From Candidatus Cloacimonadales bacterium (lineage in GTDB: Bacteria > Cloacimonadota > Cloacimonadia > Cloacimonadales > JAFGVF01), in assembly GCA_963662585.1 (NCBI GenBank), contig OY759729.1, positions 3,232,031 to 3,296,030 of the forward strand: DNA of 64,000 bases. Reading direction: 5' to 3'. The position numbers and the translations under genes were made by a program. The notes under the pieces are model-generated. The model searched no databases. It was not told where the DNA came from and was given only the letters and a program-made list of their open reading frames with translations. Shown piece by piece: positions 40,812 to 50,293 of this stretch (position 1 is its first letter; each line of letters starts with the position of its first letter).

Positions 40812-42513
40812 TTTTATTTAACTTTTCTTTTATTTTATTAATATCTACTTCATCTATTTGGATGGCTGGAACATATTTTTCGGCATATTCTTTATATAAT
40901 CCAGAATCTATTAGAAATTCAAAAAGGTCTCTGTCTATATGATTGTCGAGTACATTATACATAAGGATATTCATTGCTTCAGATAGTTTTTTACCTTTTT
41001 TATATGGTCTGTCTGGAGCAGTAAGGGCTTCAAAAATATCTGACACTGCTAAGATTCTTGATTGCATTGGAAGCTGATCGGCAGTGAAACCCCAAGGATG
41101 ACCAGAACCGTTTAGCTTTTCATGATGAGAGGATGCATAGAGTGTAACATTTTTATATTTTTTCGGATAAGTTAATTGGTTAAGGATTTCATAGGTGTAC
41201 TTAACATGATTATTCATTATTTCTCTTTCCGAATCATTTAATGTACCTCTTTTTATCTTCAAATCCTCTTTTTCCAAGTCACTGAACAGATATCTATTTT
41301 CATTATTCAAGGTGTAAGAGAATTTTGCAATTCTATCAATGTGTGCGATTTTTTCATCAGTAAGAAACTCCCCACCGAAATTTACATTTTCTAAAAAATC
41401 TAAGTCCGTCTTGATTTGCTCAATTATGTCCTTTTGATAATCCTGCCAATTATTTGGCGAGGTCAATAGATAATCAAAATTCACTTTATCTGCAAAATGT
41501 TGCTCAACATAATCTTGATTATTCATTAACACTAAGATAGTATCTATCTTTAGTTTAATTAACTCAATACCATCAATTGTTCTTTCTAGTTTAGTAGATT
41601 TATTCATAATTGCATCTGGGGTAGCAATTTTCCCAACATCATGAAGCCATGAGGCTACAGACAATTCATCTAATTCTTCTTCTGTAAAAGCAAAGTCTTT
41701 AAAGTGTCCTTCATTAATATCATTTATCTTTCTTGCCATTAATTTAGAAATAATAGCAACTCTAGCAATATGGCCACCTGTATCTTTAGACTTACGGTCT
41801 ATTGCTAACGCAATTGCTTTGATGAATTGCTTAAATAGACTTTCTAAGGACTTGATTAGCTCTCTGTTAGTGAATGCAATGGCTGCCTGAGAGGCTAAAG
41901 ACTGCACCATAACAATAGACTCTTTATTAAAGCTAATTATTTCAGAAGTGTTAACATCTAAGGCATTGATAATTTGAATTATACCCAAAATATCATCTTC
42001 ATAATTTCTTAAAGGAATAGCCAACATTGATTTGGAACGATAATTATTTGCTTTATCCCAAGTGATGGTTCCTTTGAAATCAAAGTTAGTTGCATTATAG
42101 CAATCTTCAATATTTAATATCTCTTTCTGGTGATAAACACAAGAAGCCATATTAGAGAGATTAGGGGTTTTATCGCTCTTATATAATGGTACTGGAGGTA
42201 ATTCACAAGGACCAAAAGTCCCTCCTGCTTTGAAATTCTTAGATTTAGTCTGCATAACTTCAAAGTTCAAGTGTTGCTTATTTTCTGATACTGAATAGAT
42301 AGTTGCAGCATCAGCATTGGTGTAAGCTAATGCCTCATCAATTATTAAATCAAATATCTTGTCTATATCTCTTTCTTGGGAAAGAGCAAGTCCAATATTT
42401 GATAATCTATTGATGTGCTCAAGTTGTTCTTCTGCTAATTTATTAACTCTATTAACAACATCATTCAACACATTATTGATTTTTTCATTATCACTTAATA
42501 AGTACATTTTCAC
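40795..42513 (-). CDS. GAF + HD-GYP cyclic-dinucleotide phosphodiesterase
   Basis: GAF domain (YRSKSMLAIPL, QIIN); LHDVGK, HHEKLNGSGHP and SDIFEALT..RPYK motifs. Confidence 0.9.
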   Translation of the reverse strand: MKMYLLSDNEKINNVLNDVVNRVNKLAEEQLEHINRLSNIGLALSQERDIDKIFDLIIDEALAYTNADAATIYSVSENKQHLNFEVMQTKSKNFKAGGTFGPCELPPVPLYKSDKTPNLSNMASCVYHQKEILNIEDCYNATNFDFKGTITWDKANNYRSKSMLAIPLRNYEDDILGIIQIINALDVNTSEIISFNKESIVMVQSLASQAAIAFTNRELIKSLESLFKQFIKAIALAIDRKSKDTGGHIARVAIISKLMARKINDINEGHFKDFAFTEEELDELSVASWLHDVGKIATPDAIMNKSTKLERTIDGIELIKLKIDTILVLMNNQDYVEQHFADKVNFDYLLTSPNNWQDYQKDIIEQIKTDLDFLENVNFGGEFLTDEKIAHIDRIAKFSYTLNNENRYLFSDLEKEDLKIKRGTLNDSEREIMNNHVKYTYEILNQLTYPKKYKNVTLYASSHHEKLNGSGHPWGFTADQLPMQSRILAVSDIFEALTAPDRPYKKGKKLSEAMNILMYNVLDNHIDRDLFEFLIDSGLYKEYAEKYVPAIQIDEVDINKIKEKLNKNAKQK

Positions 42514-42603
42514 CCCGATAAATTTTTTTCAGAAAAAACTTGTCATAATTAGTTGTCAAGATAAAGCTGTTTGAATAAAAGTCAATAAAATAATGGAGGA
42601 AAG

Positions 42604-43140
42604 ATGATTTTTAAAGAAAAAGAGACTCTATTTTTAATGATAGATATTCAAGAGAAATTTGAAAATGTGATTTTTGCTATGGATGAAGTGTTAAATAATA
42701 GCAATATTTTGAATAAAGCTTCTGAGATACTAGGAATTCCTTTAATCATCACAGAACAATATCCTAAAGGATTAGGTTCAACTTGTGAGAGTATTTATAT
42801 TCCAGAAAATACATCAGTTGTAGAGAAATTTAAATTTAGTTCTTACACTAGTGAAGTTGCTAAAATTATTGAGGATTATCAAAAACCTAATGTAGTTATT
42901 TATGGAGTAGAAACTCATGTCTGTTTAACTCAGACAGCTCTTGAACTTAAAGCTAATGGTTATAAGGTCGGAATTGTTGCAGACGCTGTCTCTTCTCGCC
43001 ATGTAGATAACAAGTTGTATGCTCTTACTCGCCTGGGAGATATGGGAATTCAAATTCTAACTACTGAGATGATTCTCTTTGAATTATTAAATCATGCTAA
43101 ACACCCAAAATTTAAGGAAATCTCACAATTAATTAAATAA
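42604..43140 (+). CDS. Isochorismatase-family hydrolase
   Basis: IDIQE, TEQYPKGLG, GVETHVC and DAVSSR motifs. Confidence 0.92.
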   Translation: MIFKEKETLFLMIDIQEKFENVIFAMDEVLNNSNILNKASEILGIPLIITEQYPKGLGSTCESIYIPENTSVVEKFKFSSYTSEVAKIIEDYQKPNVVIYGVETHVCLTQTALELKANGYKVGIVADAVSSRHVDNKLYALTRLGDMGIQILTTEMILFELLNHAKHPKFKEISQLIK

Positions 43141-43215
43141 TTTCTAGTGAATTGCAATTTTACTTGCCAAAAATTCCTTAATTGAAATTATAAGAAAAAT
43201 ACTCAGAGGTATAAT

Positions 43216-43968
43216 ATGAATCAACATATAGCCGAAACAGTTCAGCTCGGAAAAGATGTAAAAATTGGCTTCAATGTAGTTATTATGGATAATGTAATTA
43301 TTGGCGATGGATGTCAGATTGCGAATAATGTTGTAATCTATCCTGGATCAAAAATAGGTAATCATGTCAGAATAGATGATAATGTGATTATCGGTAAAAG
43401 ACCCCTCTCTTCACCTAGAAGTATTTTTAAGGTGCAAGATAACATGACTCCTGCAGAGATAGGGGAGATGTGCCAAATCGGAGCTAATGTAGTTATTTAT
43501 GTCCAAGCTAAAATTGGTAATAACAACTTAATTGCTGATTTAGCAACTATTCGTGAGAATGTTACTATTGGAGATTTAAATATTATTGGTAGAAATGTAA
43601 CTATTGAAAATTTTACCAAAATTGGTGATCGCAATAAGTTTGAAACAAATGCCTATATTACTGCTTATTCTGAAGTTGAAGATTATTGCTTTGTTGCTCC
43701 CTGCGTAGCTACTAGTAATGATAATTACATGGCTCGTGATAAAGAGAGATTTAACCATTTTAAAGGCGTTACTCTTAAAACTGGGTGCAGAATTGGAGTA
43801 AATGCTACTATTCTTCCTGGTAAAGTATTGGACACAGACGCTACTGTGGCTGCTGGAGCTTTAGTTACTAAGGATCTAACAGAAGCTGCAATTTATGCAG
43901 GTGCTCCTGCGAGAAAGTTTAGAGATATTCCTGAATCTCAGAAAATTAAAAACAATTTAGATAAATAA
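43216..43968 (+). CDS. Hexapeptide-repeat (left-handed beta-helix) acyl/acetyltransferase
   Basis: Repeating [LIV]G hexapeptides; IGVNATILPG and AGAPAR motifs. Confidence 0.85.
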   Translation: MNQHIAETVQLGKDVKIGFNVVIMDNVIIGDGCQIANNVVIYPGSKIGNHVRIDDNVIIGKRPLSSPRSIFKVQDNMTPAEIGEMCQIGANVVIYVQAKIGNNNLIADLATIRENVTIGDLNIIGRNVTIENFTKIGDRNKFETNAYITAYSEVEDYCFVAPCVATSNDNYMARDKERFNHFKGVTLKTGCRIGVNATILPGKVLDTDATVAAGALVTKDLTEAAIYAGAPARKFRDIPESQKIKNNLDK

Positions 43969-43985
43969 CAAAGTTAGAGGGTTTT

Positions 43986-44699
43986 GTGAGAAGTTTAGTA
44001 ATTATTCCTACTTATAATGAAATTGATAATATTAAGAATATTATCGAAAAGGTCTTACCTCAGCACGACTCAATAGAAATATTGATTGTAGATGATAATT
44101 CACCAGATGGAACTGGAAAAAAAGTCTTAGAAATTATGAAAAAGACTGACAGAGTTCACCTTCTAGAGAGAAGTGGGAAGTTAGGTTTAGGTACTGCTTA
44201 TGTAGATGGATTTAAATTTGCTATTCGGAATCAATACGACTTCATAATAGAAATGGATGCCGACTTCTCACACAATCCTGAAGATTTACCTCGATTATTA
44301 GAAGAGATACAAGATAATGATTTAGTTATTGGCTCTCGGTATGTCCAAGGTGTCAATGTTGTAAATTGGCCAATGTCTAGACTAATATTAAGCTATTTTG
44401 CCTCTTTTTATGTAAAAGTAATAACTGGAATGAAGATAGATGATCCAACTGGCGGATTTAAATGTTTTAGACGAAAGGTCTTAGAAGAGATTGATTTAGA
44501 TTCTATTATTTCTGATGGTTACTCTTTTCAAGTAGAAATGAACTATCGAGCTTATAATAAAAATTTTAGAGTTAAAGAGATTCCCATAATCTTTTACGAA
44601 AGACGAGATGGTAAATCTAAAATGTCTAAACACATAGTATGGGAAGCAATATGGATGGTATGGAGATTAAGAATAATGGCATTATTAGGTAGATTATGA
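43986..44699 (+). CDS. Polyprenol-monophosphomannose synthase-like GT2
   Basis: IPTYNE, DDNSPDGT, EMDADFSH, GSRY and GYSFQVE motifs. Confidence 0.9.
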   Translation: MRSLVIIPTYNEIDNIKNIIEKVLPQHDSIEILIVDDNSPDGTGKKVLEIMKKTDRVHLLERSGKLGLGTAYVDGFKFAIRNQYDFIIEMDADFSHNPEDLPRLLEEIQDNDLVIGSRYVQGVNVVNWPMSRLILSYFASFYVKVITGMKIDDPTGGFKCFRRKVLEEIDLDSIISDGYSFQVEMNYRAYNKNFRVKEIPIIFYERRDGKSKMSKHIVWEAIWMVWRLRIMALLGRL

Positions 44700-46015
44700 T
44701 TTTAAACAAAGTAGAAATTGAAAAGATTATCTTTAAAGGTTATGGCTTAGGCACTTATGCAGGGAAGAAAATATTTGTTCCTTTTACTTATCCTGGAGAT
44801 ATTGTTGATGTAGAAGTTATCTCTGAAAAAAAGGATTACTACAAAGCACTTCCTGTAAAACTTCATGCATCTCTGGTAAAAAGAGAAACAGTCCCTTGTT
44901 CTGTATTTAAAGAGTGTGGAGGATGTAATTCTTTAGATATTGAATATTCACAACAGTGCCACTTTAAAAAACAAGTTATTGAAGATATTTTTCCTAAATA
45001 TAAGGACTTAATAGAAGATACTATAGCTTCACCTCAACAATATTCTTATCGGAATAAAGTATTTTTTCCAGTAGCTAAAAAAGATAATAAAATTGTTTTT
45101 GGGATGTTTAAAAATTTAACCCATACAGTGGTTCCTGCTAATCAATGCAAGCTAGTTTCCCCTAGATTATTAGAAATTGCTCAAGAAGTGTGTAATCATT
45201 TGAATCAGGTGAATGAAGATGTCTATGATGAAAAGCGGGGGAAAGGTAATATTCGTCATATAGGATTAAGAGTAAATTCCCAAAATCAGATTATGGTGAT
45301 AATTGTTACTAATAAGAGTAAATTAGCTTTTACTAATACTTTAGTAAAAACTTTGACAGAAAAATATCCTGAAGTCCTTGCAATAATTCAAAATATCAAT
45401 AAGAGTAATACCAATACTATTCTCGGAGAAACAGAGAAAGTTCTTTATGGAGAAGCTTTTTTTATCGATGAAATTGCTGGGAAAAAATACAAAGTTCATT
45501 ATCAATCATTTTTTCAAGTCAATAGACCCTTAACTGAAAAGATATATAAGCAAATTCATGCTGATGTAGATAGTAATAGTAATGTTTTGGATGCTTATAG
45601 TGGGGTTAGCACTATAGGAATATTTGTCGATGAAAAAGCAAATGCGGTTGTTTCTGTAGAAAGTAATGAATGGGCTACTAATGATGCTAAGTTTAATATT
45701 AAACTAAATAAATGTAAAAATATTGGTGTAATTAATGCTAAATTAGAAGATAATTTTGAGGAAATTATTGATAAATATAAAATCAATACAATCATTTTTG
45801 ATCCACCAAGAAAAGGTCTGGAAGCAAATATCAGAGAGTTAATCAAAGATAGTAGAATTAATAAGATTATCTACTTGAGTTGTAATCCCATGACTCAGAA
45901 GAGAGATATTCAAGACTTCGTAAATGCAGGTTTTAAACTAAAAAAAATGATTCCTTATGATATGTTTCCTAACACCTATCATATTGAAAACTATGCTTTA
46001 TTAGTTAGAAATTAA
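44696..46015 (+). CDS. rlmD: 23S rRNA (uracil-5)-methyltransferase
   Basis: TRAM domain, C..F..CGGC FeS motif, SFFQVN, DPPRKG, YLSCNP and DMFP.T.HIE motifs. Confidence 0.93.
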   Translation: MILNKVEIEKIIFKGYGLGTYAGKKIFVPFTYPGDIVDVEVISEKKDYYKALPVKLHASLVKRETVPCSVFKECGGCNSLDIEYSQQCHFKKQVIEDIFPKYKDLIEDTIASPQQYSYRNKVFFPVAKKDNKIVFGMFKNLTHTVVPANQCKLVSPRLLEIAQEVCNHLNQVNEDVYDEKRGKGNIRHIGLRVNSQNQIMVIIVTNKSKLAFTNTLVKTLTEKYPEVLAIIQNINKSNTNTILGETEKVLYGEAFFIDEIAGKKYKVHYQSFFQVNRPLTEKIYKQIHADVDSNSNVLDAYSGVSTIGIFVDEKANAVVSVESNEWATNDAKFNIKLNKCKNIGVINAKLEDNFEEIIDKYKINTIIFDPPRKGLEANIRELIKDSRINKIIYLSCNPMTQKRDIQDFVNAGFKLKKMIPYDMFPNTYHIENYALLVRN

Positions 46016-46031
46016 AAGATTTAGAGAATAT

Positions 46032-46060
46032 AAAAAAGGCGTTATTAAAAATAACGCCTT
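46032..46060. terminator. Terminator between convergent rlmD and the lipoprotein gene
   Basis: AAGGCGTTATT/AATAACGCCTT inverted repeat with an A-run on the left. Confidence 0.75.
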
Positions 46061-46083
46061 AAATATTTTCCTAAAAAAGAAAC

Positions 46084-46557
46084 TTATTCAGCTTTCATTC
46101 TTTTAGCTTTTGTGGTATTACCTTTTTTGTTATTATTTTTTTCATTATCTCTTAAGGTAGCTTTTCTTTCTTTAATCTCTTTTCTGTATTTAGCTTCAGC
46201 AGGAAGTGCTTCATAAGCTTCATCAGTTGCTTTCATTTCAGTAGTATCGAATCCTGCACCAGCTATAGCACCGTGTACTTCTTCCCAAACTACTTCACTT
46301 GTACCATTAATTTTAATTGTTTTCTTGTCTATATCCCATTTGGCATCTGTAACACCTTTAACTGAAAGAGCTGCAGCCTCAATTAATTTCTGAGCAACTT
46401 CACCTTCACCTTGTACTAAAAAGTTCATCGAAACGACTTTCTGTACTTCGGCCGCTGTCTCTTCTGCAGGTTTAACTTCATCAACTTTAGCTTCTTTCTT
46501 AGCACAAGCAACTAATAAAAGTGACATCATAATAAGTAGTAAAATAATTTTCTTCAT
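46084..46557 (-). CDS. Lipoprotein with a degenerate heavy-metal-associated (HMA)-like domain lacking CxxC
   Basis: Lipobox LVAC; IEAAALSVKGV..AKWD and IAGAGFDT...A.DEAY..LP...YR follow the Bacteroidota-type HMA pattern, but there are no metal-binding Cys. Confidence 0.65.
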   Translation of the reverse strand: MKKIILLLIMMSLLLVACAKKEAKVDEVKPAEETAAEVQKVVSMNFLVQGEGEVAQKLIEAAALSVKGVTDAKWDIDKKTIKINGTSEVVWEEVHGAIAGAGFDTTEMKATDEAYEALPAEAKYRKEIKERKATLRDNEKNNNKKGNTTKAKRMKAE

Positions 46558-46747
46558 ATTTTCCTCCCATAATTTTTTTAAATATTATATTATGTGCTTT
46601 ATGTGTCAAGTAAAATTAATATGAAATTATTTTAATTAACAATATTTCTTAACAGAAGAGTGATAAGAAAATAAAACTTGACGCAAGTAATTAATCTTAA
46701 TTTATTGTTATATAAGAAAAATAATAACAAAATGAGAACTTTAATTA

Positions 46748-47605
46748 ATGAAAGAAAACTATAATATTGCTAGAAAATATTTACTTTTGATATGCGGAAT
46801 GCTAGTTGTTAGCATTGGTATTTCCGTATATTCTGTAAGATATATTTATAATAATAAAGAGAAATTAGATACTTATTCACAATTAGAAAGTAATATTGAT
46901 TCACTTAATAATCTAAATAGACAAATTATTGATAGAATTCAAACTTCTTTAGATTCTATAAATAAATTTTATAAACTTTATGACTCAGGTGAGTATGAAT
47001 TAACTTATCCAGATTCAATATTAACTTGGAATCAAATTATTAGATTTGATAAAGATGGCGATATTGATTCTATTAATAGTAATAAATATATTTCAGAATT
47101 AAAAGATAGAACCAGAACTTTAGTTTTATTTAACGAATTATCAAAAGGCAATTATGATTTCTATGTTAATTCCTTAACTGAGACCCCTCAAATAAGTCCA
47201 ACATTTGGAGTTTTAACTTCTAGTTTTGGTTATCGCAAACACCCAGTTTATAAAAGGAGAATCTTTCATAGAGGGTTAGATATCGCAAATGATTTAGGAA
47301 CTCCAATTTACGCAACTGGAGATGGCGTCGTTGTAAAATCAACATGGGACTCAAAATACGGCAGATATGTAAAAATTAAGCATGCTAAAGGTTTTGAAAC
47401 AAAATACGCCCATTTAAATGCAAGTTATGTCAAGCCTGGTACAATTGTTCAATCAGGTCAGATTATTGGAGAAATGGGGAAGACTGGAGTTACTACAGGG
47501 GTTCATCTCCATTATGAAGTAATAAAGAATAAGCGTTTAATGAATCCTTATAGTTATATAAATAGTAGCTTTAGAAAGATTAAAGAGAAGAATAGCATAA
47601 TTTAA
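46748..47605 (+). CDS. M23-family metallopeptidase
   Basis: N-terminal TM; FGYRKHP, HRGLD, YAHL and TGVHLHYEV motifs. Confidence 0.92.
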   Translation: MKENYNIARKYLLLICGMLVVSIGISVYSVRYIYNNKEKLDTYSQLESNIDSLNNLNRQIIDRIQTSLDSINKFYKLYDSGEYELTYPDSILTWNQIIRFDKDGDIDSINSNKYISELKDRTRTLVLFNELSKGNYDFYVNSLTETPQISPTFGVLTSSFGYRKHPVYKRRIFHRGLDIANDLGTPIYATGDGVVVKSTWDSKYGRYVKIKHAKGFETKYAHLNASYVKPGTIVQSGQIIGEMGKTGVTTGVHLHYEVIKNKRLMNPYSYINSSFRKIKEKNSII

Positions 47606-48270
47606 TGCCAAGAGCCTTCCTTTTTACTAATTCACACTGTCAGTCTGAAATAAAGAATCTAATTACTTCTGAAGATTATATTATCGGGGTAGATGGAGGA
47701 ATTAATACTTTAGATAAAATTAATCTCCATCCTCACATTATAATTGGAGATTTTGATTCTGCTAATCTAGATAACAGATTCCTTAATATAGACATAGAAA
47801 AAATTACTCATGAACCAGAGAAAGATTTTACTGATACAGAACTAGCACTAGATTACGCTATTAAACACGGCTTTGCTCCTCTCATTATCGTAAATAATAT
47901 GCAAGAAAGAATAGATCATGTTCTGGGGGTCCTTGCTTCTTTAAGATCGCTTCATAAGAAAGGTTTTAATGCTTTAATCTTAGGCGATAAACAACTATTT
48001 ATTATCTTGAATAAGATAAATTATTTTTCCCTTCCCATTAAAACTACAGTATCCTTAATTCCCTTATCTGAAAAGGTTTCAGGTATCTTTACCAAAGGAC
48101 TTTATTATCCTCTAGTAGATGGTGAATTGACTTGTGATAGGGCAAGAGGAGTTAGTAATGTGGTGAATGAAAAGTCAATTGAGATTAGCTTGAAGGAAGG
48201 AGAATTGCTTTTTGTTGTGAATTTTAACAAGTATGAGGAAGTAAGTGAGCTAGTTAAAGAATATTTATAG
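47605..48270 (+). CDS. thiN: Thiamine pyrophosphokinase
   Basis: VDGG, GDFDS, EKDFTDTELA, RIDH, GLYYPL and GVSN motifs. Confidence 0.9.
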   Translation: MPRAFLFTNSHCQSEIKNLITSEDYIIGVDGGINTLDKINLHPHIIIGDFDSANLDNRFLNIDIEKITHEPEKDFTDTELALDYAIKHGFAPLIIVNNMQERIDHVLGVLASLRSLHKKGFNALILGDKQLFIILNKINYFSLPIKTTVSLIPLSEKVSGIFTKGLYYPLVDGELTCDRARGVSNVVNEKSIEISLKEGELLFVVNFNKYEEVSELVKEYL

Positions 48271-48290
48271 TCTTGATAATTAACATTTTT

Positions 48291-48315
48291 TAGGGCAACC
48301 ATGAAGATTGCCCTA
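48291..48315. terminator. Hairpin between convergent thiN and the azoreductase gene
   Basis: TAGGGCAA...TTGCCCTA inverted repeat. Confidence 0.6.
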
Positions 48316-48323
48316 GAAGTTTT

Positions 48324-48926
48324 TTACGCTAAAATTTCTTCTATTCTCTTCTTTGCTTCTGCAAGATACTCTTCTTTTTTTTCATTATCTCCTGTACTGT
48401 ATGAGACAAATGAGAAATCCTTAATTCCCATAAAAGAAAACTCTTGAGTAAGTAAGCTTCTTACGAAATCATATTTTTCAAATTCTGAGCCAAGAGGATA
48501 ATTTCCACCATGAGAATATAGAGTAATAACTTTTTTGTTACTTACATTTCGCTTTTTCTCTTCATCACTAATGTTAAAGAATTCTCCTCGGAACATAAAA
48601 CTATCAAAGAAGATCTTTACTATCCCAGGTAGTGAAAAGTTGTGCATTGGAAAAACAAAGACTAAAAGGTCTGCCCCCTTAACTCTTTCGCTAATATCAT
48701 CAAATGGCTTTATCGCTTGTATTTGAGATGCATTTAGTTCTTTTCCCATATAATTCCTAAGGTAGTAGGCAGTGATAGACTCTTCTTGAAAATAGGGAAT
48801 TCTCTCTTTGACTAAGTCAATCTCATCAGTATTATTCATATCTATTATTGATTTCAAGTGATTATATAACTTCTTAGTATTAGAATTATCACCTGAAGGT
48901 AGGTATTTAACTATAAGTGTTTTCAT
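48324..48926 (-). CDS. FMN-dependent NADH-azoreductase / flavodoxin-like protein
   Basis: ADLLVFVFPMHNFSLP, SHGG.Y and FMGI motifs. Confidence 0.82.
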   Translation of the reverse strand: MKTLIVKYLPSGDNSNTKKLYNHLKSIIDMNNTDEIDLVKERIPYFQEESITAYYLRNYMGKELNASQIQAIKPFDDISERVKGADLLVFVFPMHNFSLPGIVKIFFDSFMFRGEFFNISDEEKKRNVSNKKVITLYSHGGNYPLGSEFEKYDFVRSLLTQEFSFMGIKDFSFVSYSTGDNEKKEEYLAEAKKRIEEILA

Positions 48927-49149
48927 TTTACACTCCTTTTAAATTTTAGATAATATAGTTTTGAACAGAGATAATGCAAGAATCTTATTCTTAATTTACC
49001 TTTATTAAGGAAAAATTAAAGTAGCTAAAGTCCTCTTGCAAATTGCTTACCTAAACTAATATTAAAAAAAAAATCATAAACTATTGACATTATCCTAGAG
49101 ATATTAAGATTTGTCACAATTATTTATGATAATATAAATTGAGGAAAAA

Positions 49150-49953
49150 ATGAAAATATTTGAAACTCATGCTCACTTAGATTTAAGAGACTTTGATAAA
49201 GATAGAGCAGGAGTAATTGAACAGAGTAAAAAAGTTGGAGTTGAGTATCTAATCAATATTGGGTATAATCAAGAAACTTCAGAGAATGCTGTTAAATTAG
49301 CTTCACAATACGATTTTATCTATGCATCGGTAGGATATCATCCTCACGATGCTACAGAATATAATTCTGAAGTAGTTAAAAAGCTTGCTCTCAAAAATAA
49401 GGTTTTAGCAATAGGGGAAGTAGGTTTAGATTATTATAGAAATTTATCTCCTAAAAATGTCCAACAAAAAGTATTTGCTGAACAAATAGAAATTGCCAAA
49501 CAATTAGATTTACCCTTAATAATACACGATCGTGAAGCACATGAAGATTGTTATGATATTCTTCTTAATCATAAAGCTAAGAATGTTGTATTTCATTGTT
49601 TCTCAGGTGATGTAGTTTTTGCAGAAAAAATTCTTGCTGAAGGATGGAAACTTTCTATTACTGGTACTATTACTTATAAGAATAATCACTCCTTAAAAGA
49701 TGTTGTTAGAATGATACCTGATGATAGCTTTTTTATCGAGACTGATTCTCCTTATTTAACACCAGTTCCTAATAGAGGTAAAAGGAATGCTCCTTACTAT
49801 CTCCCATTAGTGATAGAAGAGATTGCGAAAATAAGAATGCAGGCTCCTAATACAATAGCTGAATTAACCTTTAATAATGCTGTTAACTTCTTTTTTAAAG
49901 AAATTAATAAAAATAACTTGCTAAAAAATAAGATAAAACATAAAATAGTATGA
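49150..49953 (+). CDS. tatD: TatD-family DNase
   Basis: THAHL, GYHPH, IGEVGLDY, IHDREA, FHCFSG and ETDSPYL motifs. Confidence 0.94.
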   Translation: MKIFETHAHLDLRDFDKDRAGVIEQSKKVGVEYLINIGYNQETSENAVKLASQYDFIYASVGYHPHDATEYNSEVVKKLALKNKVLAIGEVGLDYYRNLSPKNVQQKVFAEQIEIAKQLDLPLIIHDREAHEDCYDILLNHKAKNVVFHCFSGDVVFAEKILAEGWKLSITGTITYKNNHSLKDVVRMIPDDSFFIETDSPYLTPVPNRGKRNAPYYLPLVIEEIAKIRMQAPNTIAELTFNNAVNFFFKEINKNNLLKNKIKHKIV

Positions 49954-49972
49954 AAAAATACTGGAGGAAATA

Positions 49973-50293
49973 ATGTCCGAAAACGTTGAAAGAGATAAGG
50001 TCGGAACAATTATCCACGGAGAAGATACTCCTGAAAAAATGGAAGTGGAGTATAATGAAGTTAAAACCTCTGGTGATTTAGATTCACCAGTCTATATTTA
50101 CTACAATTGGTGCAAAAAGTGTGGAATATGCGTAGCATTTTGTCCTACCGGTTGTTTAGAGAGACAAGCAGATGGTTCACCATTTGTTGCTCATCCTGAA
50201 AAATGTATTCATTGTGAAACATGTGACAGATTGTGTCCTGATTTTGCTATAACAGGTGCATTGGTTAAGAAAGGAGAAAAGTGCGATGACTAA
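49973..50293 (+). CDS. 2x[4Fe-4S] ferredoxin, delta subunit of 2-oxoacid:ferredoxin oxidoreductase
   Basis: CKKCGICVAFCP and CIHCETCDRLCP. Confidence 0.9.
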   Translation: MSENVERDKVGTIIHGEDTPEKMEVEYNEVKTSGDLDSPVYIYYNWCKKCGICVAFCPTGCLERQADGSPFVAHPEKCIHCETCDRLCPDFAITGALVKKGEKCDD

